64,000 nucleotides of DNA from Abditibacterium sp. (GTDB taxonomy: Bacteria; Armatimonadota; Abditibacteriia; Abditibacteriales; Abditibacteriaceae): contig CBDASK010000003.1 in NCBI GenBank assembly GCA_965199495.1, positions 3,744,001 through 3,808,000 of the forward strand, in the 5' to 3' direction. The translations under genes and the position numbers were made by a program. Under the pieces are notes generated by a model. It had not been told where the DNA came from. It saw only the letters and a list, made by a program, of their open reading frames with translations, and did not search any database. Position 1 is the stretch's first letter, and every line of letters starts with the position of its first letter. Positions 29,546 to 38,957 of this stretch are shown piece by piece.

Positions 29546-30523
29546 TTACAAATTCATCTGCGCCAACTGCGTCAGATAACGGTCGCCCCGGTCGCACAAA
29601 ATCGTGGTAACGACGGCGTTTTCGCCGCGCTCGTCCAGTTCGCGCGCGACTTTCATGGCAGCCCAGACCGCCGCGCCCGCCGAAAAGCCGACGAATAAAC
29701 CTTCTTCTTCGGCTAAGCGCGCTTGCATATTATAAGCGTCTTCGGTGTCGGCTTCGATTTTTCGGTCGTGCGCGTGGGGGTTGTAAATGCCCGGCACAAT
29801 CGAGGTTTCCATGTGCTTCAAACCTTCGATGCCGTGCATCGCGTTGTCCGGTTCGACGGCGATGATGCACACGTCGGGATTGACTTCTTTGAGATAACGC
29901 GCCGTGCCCATCAAGGTGCCGCTCGTGCCCAGCGTCGCCAGAAAGTGCGTCACGCGATGATCGGTTTGCTCCCAGATTTCGGGGCCGGTGCCGAGATAGT
30001 GCGCTTCGGGGTTGGCTTCGTTGTTGTATTGATCGGGCTTGAAATACAAATCGGGATTCTCTTCGTAAATCTCGCGAGCTTTCAAAATCGCGCCATCCGA
30101 GCCGTCGAAGGCCGAGCTTAACACCATTTCGGCGCCATACATTTTGACAATCGCGCGGCGTTCGGGCGAGACGTTACCCGGCATCACGAGTTTGACTTTG
30201 TAGCCCAGCGCCGCGCCCAACATAGCGTAGGCGATGCCCGTATTGCCCGAAGTCGAATCGAGAATAATTTTGTCCGGCGTTAAGGCGCCCGACTCCAGGC
30301 CACGGCGCATCATATTAAAGGCGGCGCGGTCTTTGACGCTGCCCGCCGGGTTCATATATTCGGCTTTGGCATAGACCTCGACGTGCCGTAAATCCTTCGT
30401 GATATTATTGAGGCGAATGAGCGGCGTATTGCCGATTAAGTCAACGATGGACACGTCGCTATCCAGACGCCGTTGCGGATCGGCGAGTTGCGGGGGAGCA
30501 GAAATCATGGGGTTATTAACCAT
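29546..30523 (-). CDS. cysM: PLP-dependent cysteine synthase (CysM/CysK family)
   Basis: IGNTPL, NPAGSVKDR, TSGNTG, GTSGT and DRGDRY. Confidence 0.85.
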   Translation of the reverse strand: MVNNPMISAPPQLADPQRRLDSDVSIVDLIGNTPLIRLNNITKDLRHVEVYAKAEYMNPAGSVKDRAAFNMMRRGLESGALTPDKIILDSTSGNTGIAYAMLGAALGYKVKLVMPGNVSPERRAIVKMYGAEMVLSSAFDGSDGAILKAREIYEENPDLYFKPDQYNNEANPEAHYLGTGPEIWEQTDHRVTHFLATLGTSGTLMGTARYLKEVNPDVCIIAVEPDNAMHGIEGLKHMETSIVPGIYNPHAHDRKIEADTEDAYNMQARLAEEEGLFVGFSAGAAVWAAMKVARELDERGENAVVTTILCDRGDRYLTQLAQMNL

Positions 30524-30971
30524 TTTTTATCGTCACGGGTTCCTCAACGATAGATTCGGGAATTTGGCGTCCAGTAATTTTAAACGAGCGCGGTTCGGGA
30601 TTTTCGGGGTCGCGCAGCGAAACGATGAGATACGAATAGCCGGGAAAAATCAGTTCGTCGCCGGTTTCGTCCCAGTGCGCGCGCGCGACATCGGTTTTCG
30701 ATGGGTAGGGCACGGTCGCCGGATGCGTGTGATAAATGCCGACGATTTCCAAATCGCGCGCGCGCGCATCGGCGTCAATTTTCATGTATTGCAAACCGTC
30801 CATCGAATAGGTCGTTTCCTGCGGATCGGTCGAATCCACGCGATGAATTTCGGAAACCGTGGCATCGTCGCCGTCGCGGTGCCCGACGAGCAATCCGCAA
30901 ATTTCGAGCGGTTTGCCTTCGCGTCCGTGTTCGATAATTTTCTGGTAATCTTCGTTGGAAAGAGTAAGCAT
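30516..30971 (-). CDS. JAMM/M67 metallopeptidase (Mec-like)
   Basis: EICGLL and IYHTHP....PS.TD JAMM motif. Confidence 0.9.
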   Translation of the reverse strand: MLTLSNEDYQKIIEHGREGKPLEICGLLVGHRDGDDATVSEIHRVDSTDPQETTYSMDGLQYMKIDADARARDLEIVGIYHTHPATVPYPSKTDVARAHWDETGDELIFPGYSYLIVSLRDPENPEPRSFKITGRQIPESIVEEPVTIKNG

Positions 30972-30985
30972 AAAGGTATGAGGAG

Positions 30986-31194
30986 AGCGTTACAATTGGC
31001 CCCCTCCCCAGCCCTCCCCGTGCCAGGAGAGGGAGCCACGTCGAAGTCGTTATTAATTTTCGCAACTTGCTTTCACGGTGTAGGACGGCGCCGTTTTGAA
31101 ACGCCCAAGTTAGTTCCGAAAACGATTGACGTCCGAAACGTAGCTCCCTCTCCCGGCACGGGGGAGGGCTGGGGTGGGGGCCAATCGTAACGCT
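30986..31194. repeat. Palindromic element (CCCCTCCCCAGCCCTCCCC...GGGAG family)
   Basis: Inverted arms about 30986-31041 and 31138-31194. Confidence 0.8.
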
Positions 31195-32353
31195 AATCGG
31201 TTTTCATCGCTTCTATCAAAACTTGCGCCACTTCGGGCCGCGTGAATTCGGGCGGTGGCTGCTGTCCGTCCATCAACATCTGGCGGACTTTGGTGCCGGA
31301 TAACGCCCACTTCTCGGCATCCGAAGGCAAAGTTTTATCGGTGCCCATGCAACCAACCGTGGGGCTATAATACGCGTGATCGAAAAGCATCGGCGTAATG
31401 CCTAATTCTTGCGGCTCGAACTCGTCGAAGATATATTGCGCGTCGCGCGTGCCGTAATAGTTGCCGACGCCCGCATAATCGCGCCCAACGATGAAATGCG
31501 TGCAACCGTAATTTTTGCGCACAATCGCGTGATGAACCGCCTCGCGCGGCCCGGCGCTGCGCATCACGGCAGGGAAAGCCGAAAGCATCACGCGGTCGCG
31601 CGGATAATAATTATCCAACAAAACTTCGTAGCACTTCATGCGTGCGTCGGGCGGAATCACGCCCTCTTCGCGCGGCGCGAAAAGCGGATGAATCAGCAAA
31701 CCGTCCATCGTTTCCAAAGCGCATTTAGTGATATATTCGTGCGCGCGATGAATCGGATTTTGCGTTTGGAAACCGACGATTTTGCGCCAGCCACGTTGAG
31801 CGAAGGCGCGGCGCATCTGCTGCGGAGTTAAACGTTGGCCGGGAAACGAATCGTCCACGCGCTCCTGCAAAACCTGAATTGGCCCGGCCAGATGAATCTC
31901 GCCGCGCCGATAAAGCGCGCGCACGCCGGGATGCGCGTCCTCGGATGTGCGATAAACCAACTGCGCCTCGCGCTCGCGGTTATAGCGGTAAATCTCTTCC
32001 AAATCCATCACCGCCAAGATGTTCTCGAACTTGTCAACCAAGGCAATCGAATCGCCAATGTTGAGCAATTCGGCTTCATCTTGCGTGACAGCCAAAGTAA
32101 TCGGAATCGTCCACGGCAAACCGTTGGCGAGCCGTTTATTGACGACGACGTTATCGTAATCGGCGCGGCCCATGAAACCGCGCAACGGCGAAAACGCGCC
32201 GTTGCCGATGAGTTCCAAATCGGACAAACGCCGGTCGGCCAGATGAATTTTGGTTAAAGTTTGCGCGCGTTGTCGCAACTCATCGGCGGCGTGGCTGCTA
32301 ACAAAACGATTGACGAGTTGGCCGCCGTGCGGAGTAATTTCGGTCTGTAACAT
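31193..32353 (-). CDS. sat: Sulfate adenylyltransferase-like protein with altered motifs
   Basis: PHGGQLVNR, GAFSPLRGFM, HRAHE, GPREA and LSGTKVR; QTQN and GRDYAG variants. Confidence 0.85.
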   Translation of the reverse strand: MLQTEITPHGGQLVNRFVSSHAADELRQRAQTLTKIHLADRRLSDLELIGNGAFSPLRGFMGRADYDNVVVNKRLANGLPWTIPITLAVTQDEAELLNIGDSIALVDKFENILAVMDLEEIYRYNREREAQLVYRTSEDAHPGVRALYRRGEIHLAGPIQVLQERVDDSFPGQRLTPQQMRRAFAQRGWRKIVGFQTQNPIHRAHEYITKCALETMDGLLIHPLFAPREEGVIPPDARMKCYEVLLDNYYPRDRVMLSAFPAVMRSAGPREAVHHAIVRKNYGCTHFIVGRDYAGVGNYYGTRDAQYIFDEFEPQELGITPMLFDHAYYSPTVGCMGTDKTLPSDAEKWALSGTKVRQMLMDGQQPPPEFTRPEVAQVLIEAMKTD

Positions 32354-32359
32354 TTTTAT

Positions 32360-32462
32360 AAGGGACAAGTGGCAAGGAACAGGGAACAAGGGGCGACAAA
32401 GAAGCTGTTTTCGGAGAGCTAAATCGTAGACCTTGTCCCTTGTTCCCTGTTCCTTGCCACTT
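32360..32462. repeat. Inverted heptamer-periodic repeat element (same family as 13586-13712)
   Basis: AAGGGACAAGTGGCAAGGAACAGGGAACAAGGG and complementary CCTTGTCCCTTGTTCCCTGTTCCTTGCCACTT. Confidence 0.7.
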
Positions 32463-32955
32463 AATTCAAAACCGCCAAACGTTGAATTCCGCGTTCGCGA
32501 TAGGTGCGAATCGGCACGCCGTATTGTTCTTCCTGGCGGCGCAAAAGTTCGGCGAGCGTTAAGCCTTTCAACACGGTTTCGATGGCGGTTTGGAGTTCCT
32601 GCCACACTTCCTGCACCGCGCACGAACCCGACGCGCCGCAACTCGCCGTGGCTGGTGATTTGGCGCCCGAATCTTCGCCCACACAAATCATCGGCTCGAA
32701 GCCGCCTTCGAGCGCCACCAGGGCATCGTAAGCGGTAATATCTTCGGGCGCTTTGGCCAAGAAATAACCGCCCTGCGCGCCGCGTTTGCTTTTGATAAGT
32801 CCGGCACTTTTGAGCGCGGGCACGATCTGTTCGAGATAATCGAGCGAAATCTGCTGGCGCTCCGCGATGTCGCGGAGCGAAAGCGATTGACCCTCGTCCA
32901 TGCCCATCTCCATCAAAGCGCGCAACCCATATTCACCGCGTGTCGAAATTTTCAT
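32461..32955 (-). CDS. Rrf2 family regulator (CymR/IscR-like)
   Basis: MKISTRGEYGLRAL, YLEQI, SKRGAQGGY and three C-terminal cysteines. Confidence 0.9.
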   Translation of the reverse strand: MKISTRGEYGLRALMEMGMDEGQSLSLRDIAERQQISLDYLEQIVPALKSAGLIKSKRGAQGGYFLAKAPEDITAYDALVALEGGFEPMICVGEDSGAKSPATASCGASGSCAVQEVWQELQTAIETVLKGLTLAELLRRQEEQYGVPIRTYRERGIQRLAVLN

Positions 32956-33042
32956 ATCCTTAAGAGTAAACCCGAATCAATTCAACGGGTCGCCGCTTCG
33001 CCCGTTCCGCTCGCCCCCGCTTTTGGCGCGCCCTTTCTGCTT

Positions 33043-33384
33043 ATGACGCATTTCGTTTCCCCTCGATTAGACACCGCCGTGCAAGACCCCGAATCCGACG
33101 TTTTGACGATTCCCGAAATTATCCCCGACCTGGACGACGGCGACAGCAGCCACGGCGCCTTTCGCGTGATTCTCTACGACGACGATTGGCATCCGATTAA
33201 TCAGGTTATCGAGCAAGTGATGAAAGCCTGCGAGTGCGGCAAAATGAAAGCGATCAAAATCACGCTCGACGCCCATCGCAAAGGCCGCGCGGTTTGCTTT
33301 AAAGGCGGTCGCGGCAAATGCCACAAAGTCGCGCGCGTCTTGCGCGAAATTCGCTTGCAATGCGAAGTGGATTCGGACGATTAA
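33043..33384 (+). CDS. clpS: ClpS adaptor protein
   Basis: FRVILYDDDWH, AHRKGRAV. Confidence 0.75.
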   Translation: MTHFVSPRLDTAVQDPESDVLTIPEIIPDLDDGDSSHGAFRVILYDDDWHPINQVIEQVMKACECGKMKAIKITLDAHRKGRAVCFKGGRGKCHKVARVLREIRLQCEVDSDD

Positions 33385-33394
33385 CGTTTTCTTT

Positions 33395-33492
33395 CGTAGA
33401 GACACCGACTTGTCTTGTCTAAAACGTAAATGAATCCGCTAAATTTAGCGGGAGCTTCAACGTTTTAGACACGATAAATCGGTGTCTCTACG
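33395..33492. repeat. GTAG-type REP doublet
   Basis: CGTAGAGACACCGA...TGTCTAAAACG / CGTTTTAGACA...TCGGTGTCTCTACG. Confidence 0.75.
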
Positions 33493-33508
33493 CCTAAATT
33501 CAAAATTA

Positions 33509-34198
33509 ATGCCTTCAACTCTCGAACTCGCGCCCGCTATCGAAGCGAATTTGCGCGAGCTGATCGCCGATTTGCTCGATTACAACACGCGCGTCAACCT
33601 GACTTCGATTCGTGACCCCGAAGCCGCGTGGAACAAACATATCCTCGATTCGCTGCAAGGCTTAACAACGCGCCTTTTCGACGGCAATTTAAACGTCGTG
33701 GATGTCGGCGCTGGCCCCGGTTTCCCCGGTTTGCCGCTCGCCCTCGCGCGTCCGGGCGAACTGCGCCTGACCTTCATCGAATCGGTCAATAAAAAATGCG
33801 AGTTCATTCGCCAGATGAATAATAAGTTTCGTCTGGGCGCGCGCGTTTTTAACGAACGCGCCGAGATTGTAGGCCAAGATTATCGGTATCGCGCCAAGTT
33901 CGATGTCGCCACGGCGCGGGCCGTTGGCAGCTTAACCGAAGTCGCCGAATTGACGATGCCGTTTGTGGCGCCGCATGGTTACGCGGTTTTGTGGCGCGGC
34001 AAAGACGCTCCCGCCGAAGCGCGCGAGTTCAAATGGCCGCTTTCCCGTTTGGGCGGCGTGGTTCAAGACGTGATTCCCTACCAATTGCCCGATTCGGATA
34101 TGACTTATCATCTGACGATTATCCAGAAGAAATCGCCGACACCCAAAACCTTCCCGCGCGCCGTCGGCGTGCCGAAGAAAGAACCGTTGAGCAAATAA
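33509..34198 (+). CDS. rsmG: 16S rRNA m7G527 methyltransferase
   Basis: NLTSI, KHILDS, DVGAGPGFPG, ARAV and TPKTFPR.VGVP.K.PL. Confidence 0.93.
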   Translation: MPSTLELAPAIEANLRELIADLLDYNTRVNLTSIRDPEAAWNKHILDSLQGLTTRLFDGNLNVVDVGAGPGFPGLPLALARPGELRLTFIESVNKKCEFIRQMNNKFRLGARVFNERAEIVGQDYRYRAKFDVATARAVGSLTEVAELTMPFVAPHGYAVLWRGKDAPAEAREFKWPLSRLGGVVQDVIPYQLPDSDMTYHLTIIQKKSPTPKTFPRAVGVPKKEPLSK

Positions 34199-34241
34199 AA
34201 AAAGCGCCGTCCGAAATTATCGGGCGGCGCTCTCATTTGTT

Positions 34242-34793
34242 TTACGCGAAAATCTCGTCAACTTCCATCGCCCAGCCGGGCAACGCATCTCCGGCGTGGC
34301 TGCTGTCGCCGCGACGAAATATCTGCGGCGCCTGTCCCGGCAGATGCAGCGTGACGACGTTTTCGCCCAACAAATCTACGTCCCACACGGCGCGCGTGCC
34401 CGCCGCGAAATAATCCGCGATTTTCTGCGCGATGGCACGCTCGGCGGCGGGGCCGTAATCGTTTTCGCTGCGCACTTCGACGGCGAAAACTGGCGCGCCT
34501 TCGACAGCGCCCATTTTTCCGTCGCGCGGCCCAAGAATATATGCGGCGTCTGCACAAAACGATTTGCGGTTAGTTAAATCAACGCGAAAGGCCACGGTGC
34601 CGCCCAATGCGCGCCCGCTTTTGGTTCGGCGGGCGTAGCGGTCGAGCGCCATCAGAATTTCTGCTTTGGCCAACGCGGGCAAAAATCCGTCGGATTCTCC
34701 GCAAACGATTTCGCCATTGACGATTTCGGCTTTGCCGTCAATTTTCATCAATTGATCGAAAAGTTCATCGTCCTTTGCAGTGCGAATCGGCAT
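34242..34793 (-). CDS. Uma2 family endonuclease
   Basis: AEIVNGEIV, APVFAVEVRS and YFAAG...VW.VD. Confidence 0.85.
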   Translation of the reverse strand: MPIRTAKDDELFDQLMKIDGKAEIVNGEIVCGESDGFLPALAKAEILMALDRYARRTKSGRALGGTVAFRVDLTNRKSFCADAAYILGPRDGKMGAVEGAPVFAVEVRSENDYGPAAERAIAQKIADYFAAGTRAVWDVDLLGENVVTLHLPGQAPQIFRRGDSSHAGDALPGWAMEVDEIFA

Positions 34794-34819
34794 AATGAAT
34801 CGAAGGATATAGAAGTTCG

Positions 34820-36214
34820 TTACTCAATCGTGAATGTGACCGTCGAAGAGACGGCGCGCGAGCCGTCGGGTTGAATCGCGATGAGTTGCGCGGTATGCTG
34901 ACCTTCGATGAGGCGTTCGCGCGGGACGGTGACGCGGAACGGTTGCGTGTTTTTAATCGCGATGGTTTGTCCGTCAACTTGCCAGATGAGGCCGCGCGTT
35001 TCCATGCCGAGCGGCAGTTGCGCCCACAGTTCCAGATCGCTGGTGATGACGTCGCCGTTTTTCAGGCCGCGCAGGAACGGTTCCGTTATCGTCGCGGCGA
35101 TGGCGCCGTTGGTCGCCAGAATATCTTCATCGTCGGGGCCGTGCAAAACCAAACCGTTATTGCCCAAGGTTGTGCCCGTTTTGTTGGGGGTTGCCCATTC
35201 GTTGGGATTGAAATAGACCTGACTCAAAAAATGCGGATCGGCGACCAACTGGCGATAGGTCGCGAGCATTCGGCCATCGGCGAGCAGCGAGTAATTGTTG
35301 TTGGCCAGCCCGGCGCTCACCGTATCGAAGGAAAGCCAGTTGACCGATTTAACGCGCGGATAATCGTCGCGCAGCGCCCCGTAAAAGCGCTTGGCCTTTT
35401 CGATGGCCCACTCGACGGTTTCGCTGCCGACGCCCTTGCACCAAATCGTGGCGGCGTATTCCGAAATATGAACCGGTTTACGGTCGCCATAAAGCGTGTA
35501 AACCTGCTTCAAAAAATCCACCGGGTCTTCGTTCATCGCGACCTGCGCCGGGTCGCCGTTGTGAACGTAAACCGAATAGATATTGACGCCGACCCAATCC
35601 ACCCATTCGTCGCCGGGATAAAAGTCGGGAATCAAGCGTTCGGGTTCGGCAAACGGCGTCCACACCATCGCCACGTTGGGCGCCTCTTCCTTCATCACGC
35701 GCGAGACGAGCGCGAACTTCTCTTTATAAAGCGCGATGTAATCGGTCGCCCCCGCGCCGTAACGCTTTTTGCCCCACTCGCCGTTCATCTCCGACGCCCA
35801 ACGCAGAAAGATCGGCTTTTTGGTGCGCGCCGCGTCGCGCGCCCACGCGCGCAAGTAAGCGTCATCTTTGACTTCCTGCAAACCATCGTTTGGCTCGAAC
35901 GCGATGTGCGGCGCGGCGCCGTTACGCGCGACTTTATTGAACCAATCGGCGGGAAACGGGCGCCCATAACCGACGTAGGTGAAGTAGGACGCGTGCTTTT
36001 TCTTGGTCAAATCTTCAAACGCCGGAATGTTGCCCTGAACGTTGGAATCGCGCTCGATGAACGCGCCGATATAGCAACCTTTGGCCGGTTCAAACTTGGC
36101 CAAGTTTCCCGGCGTGGCTGCTGCGCCAATGGCGGCGCGTGCCCTGCGCGGCAACGCGGCCAGAGCGGCAGCGGCGGCGGTCGAAGCGAGAAAAGCACGG
36201 CGAGTGTTCATCAT
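34820..36214 (-). CDS. Tat-exported GH26-like glycoside hydrolase
   Basis: TRRAFL signal, FLRWASEMNGEW, FYPGDEWVDWVG and KPVHISEY. Confidence 0.85.
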   Translation of the reverse strand: MMNTRRAFLASTAAAAALAALPRRARAAIGAAATPGNLAKFEPAKGCYIGAFIERDSNVQGNIPAFEDLTKKKHASYFTYVGYGRPFPADWFNKVARNGAAPHIAFEPNDGLQEVKDDAYLRAWARDAARTKKPIFLRWASEMNGEWGKKRYGAGATDYIALYKEKFALVSRVMKEEAPNVAMVWTPFAEPERLIPDFYPGDEWVDWVGVNIYSVYVHNGDPAQVAMNEDPVDFLKQVYTLYGDRKPVHISEYAATIWCKGVGSETVEWAIEKAKRFYGALRDDYPRVKSVNWLSFDTVSAGLANNNYSLLADGRMLATYRQLVADPHFLSQVYFNPNEWATPNKTGTTLGNNGLVLHGPDDEDILATNGAIAATITEPFLRGLKNGDVITSDLELWAQLPLGMETRGLIWQVDGQTIAIKNTQPFRVTVPRERLIEGQHTAQLIAIQPDGSRAVSSTVTFTIE

Positions 36215-36396
36215 GTGGGCGCTTCGTTGGACGGTTGCGGGCGAAGCGGGTTGCTGTTGGGACGAGAAATCGAAACTCAGCAGGGAAATTGCGGCGCAAA
36301 AACGATTTTGCAAAGGTAAACTAAAACATTGCCAACGCTTAGTCCGGGTGAATCTTATCTGTTAAAATAATCGGGTTCTCCTACTGCTCAAAATTT

Positions 36397-38628
36397 ATGG
36401 CCGTTTCCTCTTCACCGCCTTCGCTTCACGCGCCTCCCTCCGAAACTCTCGTCGAAAAACCGATGGGCATTTCCCTGCGCGCCATCTTGCTTTCGTTGGG
36501 GCTGGCGTTTTTCTTCGGCTATATTATCCCGATTGTGGACATGAAAATGCGCAACACCTTTTTGGGTGCCACGCATCTGCCGCCGGGCGCCGTCGCCGTT
36601 CTGGTGATTTTGCTTTTGACGGTGAATCCGCTTTTGACGCTGATTTCGCGTCAAAAATCGCGCATCTCGTTGGTGTTTGGCGCGCTCATCGCCTTTGCCG
36701 CGCTGTCAGGATTTTTCTTTACGCGCGGAAATACGGGCAGCCTGTTATTCTGGCTGTTTGGCGCGGGCGCCGTGTTGATGCTATTGACGCTCGCGCTCAA
36801 TCTGGGCCGCCAACCGTTGTCGCGCAATGAGATTCTCACAGTTTATATTTCGTGTTTGTTTTCGACTTTGGCGCCCGGACACGGCGCCGAAAACGTGTTT
36901 GTCGTCAACTTGATTGGCCCATTTTATTACGCGACGCGCGAGAACAAATATCTCGATTTCATGGTGCCTTATATGAAACCGTGGATGACGCCAGCGATTG
37001 ATCCAGCCACCGGCGGTTACAGCGAGGCGCGCAAAGCGGTCATTGACGGTTGGTTCAACAATTCGGCGACGGGACAGGTGCCGTGGGGCGCGTGGCTGGT
37101 GCCGTTGTTGGTGTGGGGCAGCGCCATCGCGTTGATGTATCTCATGATGGCGTGTTTAAGCGTGATGATTCGCAAGCAGTGGGCGCAAAACGAGGCGCTG
37201 GCGTTTCCGCTTTTGCGCTTGCCGCTCGAACTGACCGAAGATGTATACAATGCTAACAACAGCGCGGTTATCGGCGGCTTTTTCCGCAATGGCCTGATGT
37301 GGATCGGGTTTGGCATCGCGGTTTTCATTCAGCTCTTGCGCGGGTTGCACGGCTATTTTCCCGATGTGCCCGATTTCCCGCTCAGCATTGATACCGCCCC
37401 GCTTTTCACCGAGGCGCCGTGGAACCAAATCGGCGGCGCGCCGGTTTTGGTGTGGCCGGTTATCGTGGGCATCACCTATCTGCTCACGGCGGAAATTTCG
37501 TTTTCGTTTTGGTTCTTTTTCTGGTTCATCAAGTTCCAACTCGTCGGCGCCTATTTGCTGGGTTACCCAACGGGCGCGTTGCCGCAACCGATTGGTGCCA
37601 TCGGCGGCAACTCCAAAGCGACTTTCACGTTTTATCAGGAAATTGGCTGTTATCTGGCCTACGTCGGCATCATCGTTTATACCGGGCGCGAGCATCTCAA
37701 ACATATCGTGCTGCGCGGATTGGGCCGCCGCCGCGCCGAGGCCGACGAGGCCAACGAAGCGATGAGTTATCCTCTGGCGTTCTGGGGTTTTGTGGTCTCG
37801 TTCGCGCTTTTGGTGGGTTGGAGCATCGCGGCGGGCCTGAGTCCGGTTTTGGCGTTTGGCATCTGGGCGCTTTATGTCGTCATTATTCTGGCGTTGACGC
37901 GCATCATCGCCGAGGCGGGCATTTTGTTCGTGCAGCAGGGCTGGGTTCCGCTCGGCACAATCGGCCAAATTTTTGGCGCCGGTCAGGGCCATTGGCTATT
38001 GGGCGCATCGTCGTTGCCCGCCGCCGCCACGATTCAGGGCGCCTTGATGACCGATTTGCGCGGATTTATCATGCCGTCGTTTATTCAGGGCTTTAAGTTG
38101 GCGCACGACCGCAAAATCGCGTTGCGCCCACTTTTGGTTTTGATGCTCGCCTGTTCGTTAATTACGATGGCAATGGGCGTTTACATGAACGTAAAGTTGG
38201 GTTACGGACAGGGTGGATTGTCGCTTGATGCTTGGTATGCGGGCGCGGCCTCGGAGATTCCCGCCAAGTCGAGCGCCAGTCTGATCAAAGGCGTAAAAGA
38301 CGCCAGCACTTGGAATTTGGTGTGGGTGGCGCTGGGCCTCGCTTTGACCTACGGCATGATGCTGGCGCGCTCGCGATTCGCTTGGTTTCCGCTCCATCCG
38401 ATTGGTCTGCTCATCGCGCAGACTTACCCGATTGCCGCCGTCTGGTTTTCAGTATTTCTGGGCTGGATGTTCAAAGTTCTCATCACCAAGTTTGGCGGCA
38501 CGGATTCCTATCGCAAAGGCGTGCCCTTGTTTTTGGGGCTGGCGCTGGGCGATGTGATGATGATGCTGTTCTGGCTGGTCATTGACGGCTGGCAGGGCAA
38601 AACCGGCCACAAACTCATGCCGGGATAA
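36397..38628 (+). CDS. Large polytopic membrane protein (DUF6785/DUF6784-like), paralog 1
   Basis: Many hydrophobic segments; QW...E.L.FP and WFPLHPIG motifs; paralog at 55498-57567. Confidence 0.75.
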   Translation: MAVSSSPPSLHAPPSETLVEKPMGISLRAILLSLGLAFFFGYIIPIVDMKMRNTFLGATHLPPGAVAVLVILLLTVNPLLTLISRQKSRISLVFGALIAFAALSGFFFTRGNTGSLLFWLFGAGAVLMLLTLALNLGRQPLSRNEILTVYISCLFSTLAPGHGAENVFVVNLIGPFYYATRENKYLDFMVPYMKPWMTPAIDPATGGYSEARKAVIDGWFNNSATGQVPWGAWLVPLLVWGSAIALMYLMMACLSVMIRKQWAQNEALAFPLLRLPLELTEDVYNANNSAVIGGFFRNGLMWIGFGIAVFIQLLRGLHGYFPDVPDFPLSIDTAPLFTEAPWNQIGGAPVLVWPVIVGITYLLTAEISFSFWFFFWFIKFQLVGAYLLGYPTGALPQPIGAIGGNSKATFTFYQEIGCYLAYVGIIVYTGREHLKHIVLRGLGRRRAEADEANEAMSYPLAFWGFVVSFALLVGWSIAAGLSPVLAFGIWALYVVIILALTRIIAEAGILFVQQGWVPLGTIGQIFGAGQGHWLLGASSLPAAATIQGALMTDLRGFIMPSFIQGFKLAHDRKIALRPLLVLMLACSLITMAMGVYMNVKLGYGQGGLSLDAWYAGAASEIPAKSSASLIKGVKDASTWNLVWVALGLALTYGMMLARSRFAWFPLHPIGLLIAQTYPIAAVWFSVFLGWMFKVLITKFGGTDSYRKGVPLFLGLALGDVMMMLFWLVIDGWQGKTGHKLMPG

Positions 38629-38630
38629 AT

Positions 38631-38846
38631 TGGGATAACGGATAACGGATAATGAATAACGGATGGCAGATTTCGGATTGTCATTCTGAGCGTAGAGAGG
38701 CACGAACGAAGTCGAAGAATCCACGGTGTGCGACTAAACTTTGCTTTTGTCGAAGCCGTTACGTCATGGATGCTTGCGACTTCGTTCGTGCCTCTCTACG
38801 CTCAGAATGACAATCCGAAATCTGCCATCCGTTATCCGCTATCTGA
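38631..38846. repeat. REP-like palindromic element, family A, copy 3, with heptamer (GGATAAC) flanks
   Basis: Family A core flanked by ATAACGGATGGCAGATTTCGGATT and its complement. Confidence 0.85.
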
Positions 38847-38957
38847 GATATTTTTGTCGAACCCAAGCGCCGATATTCCGTCCATCGGCGCGTTAATTCT
38901 TTTGCCAATCGCGCCGTTCGAGCGACTTTTCGCAAACCTCCGCATCTAACTTTCTCC

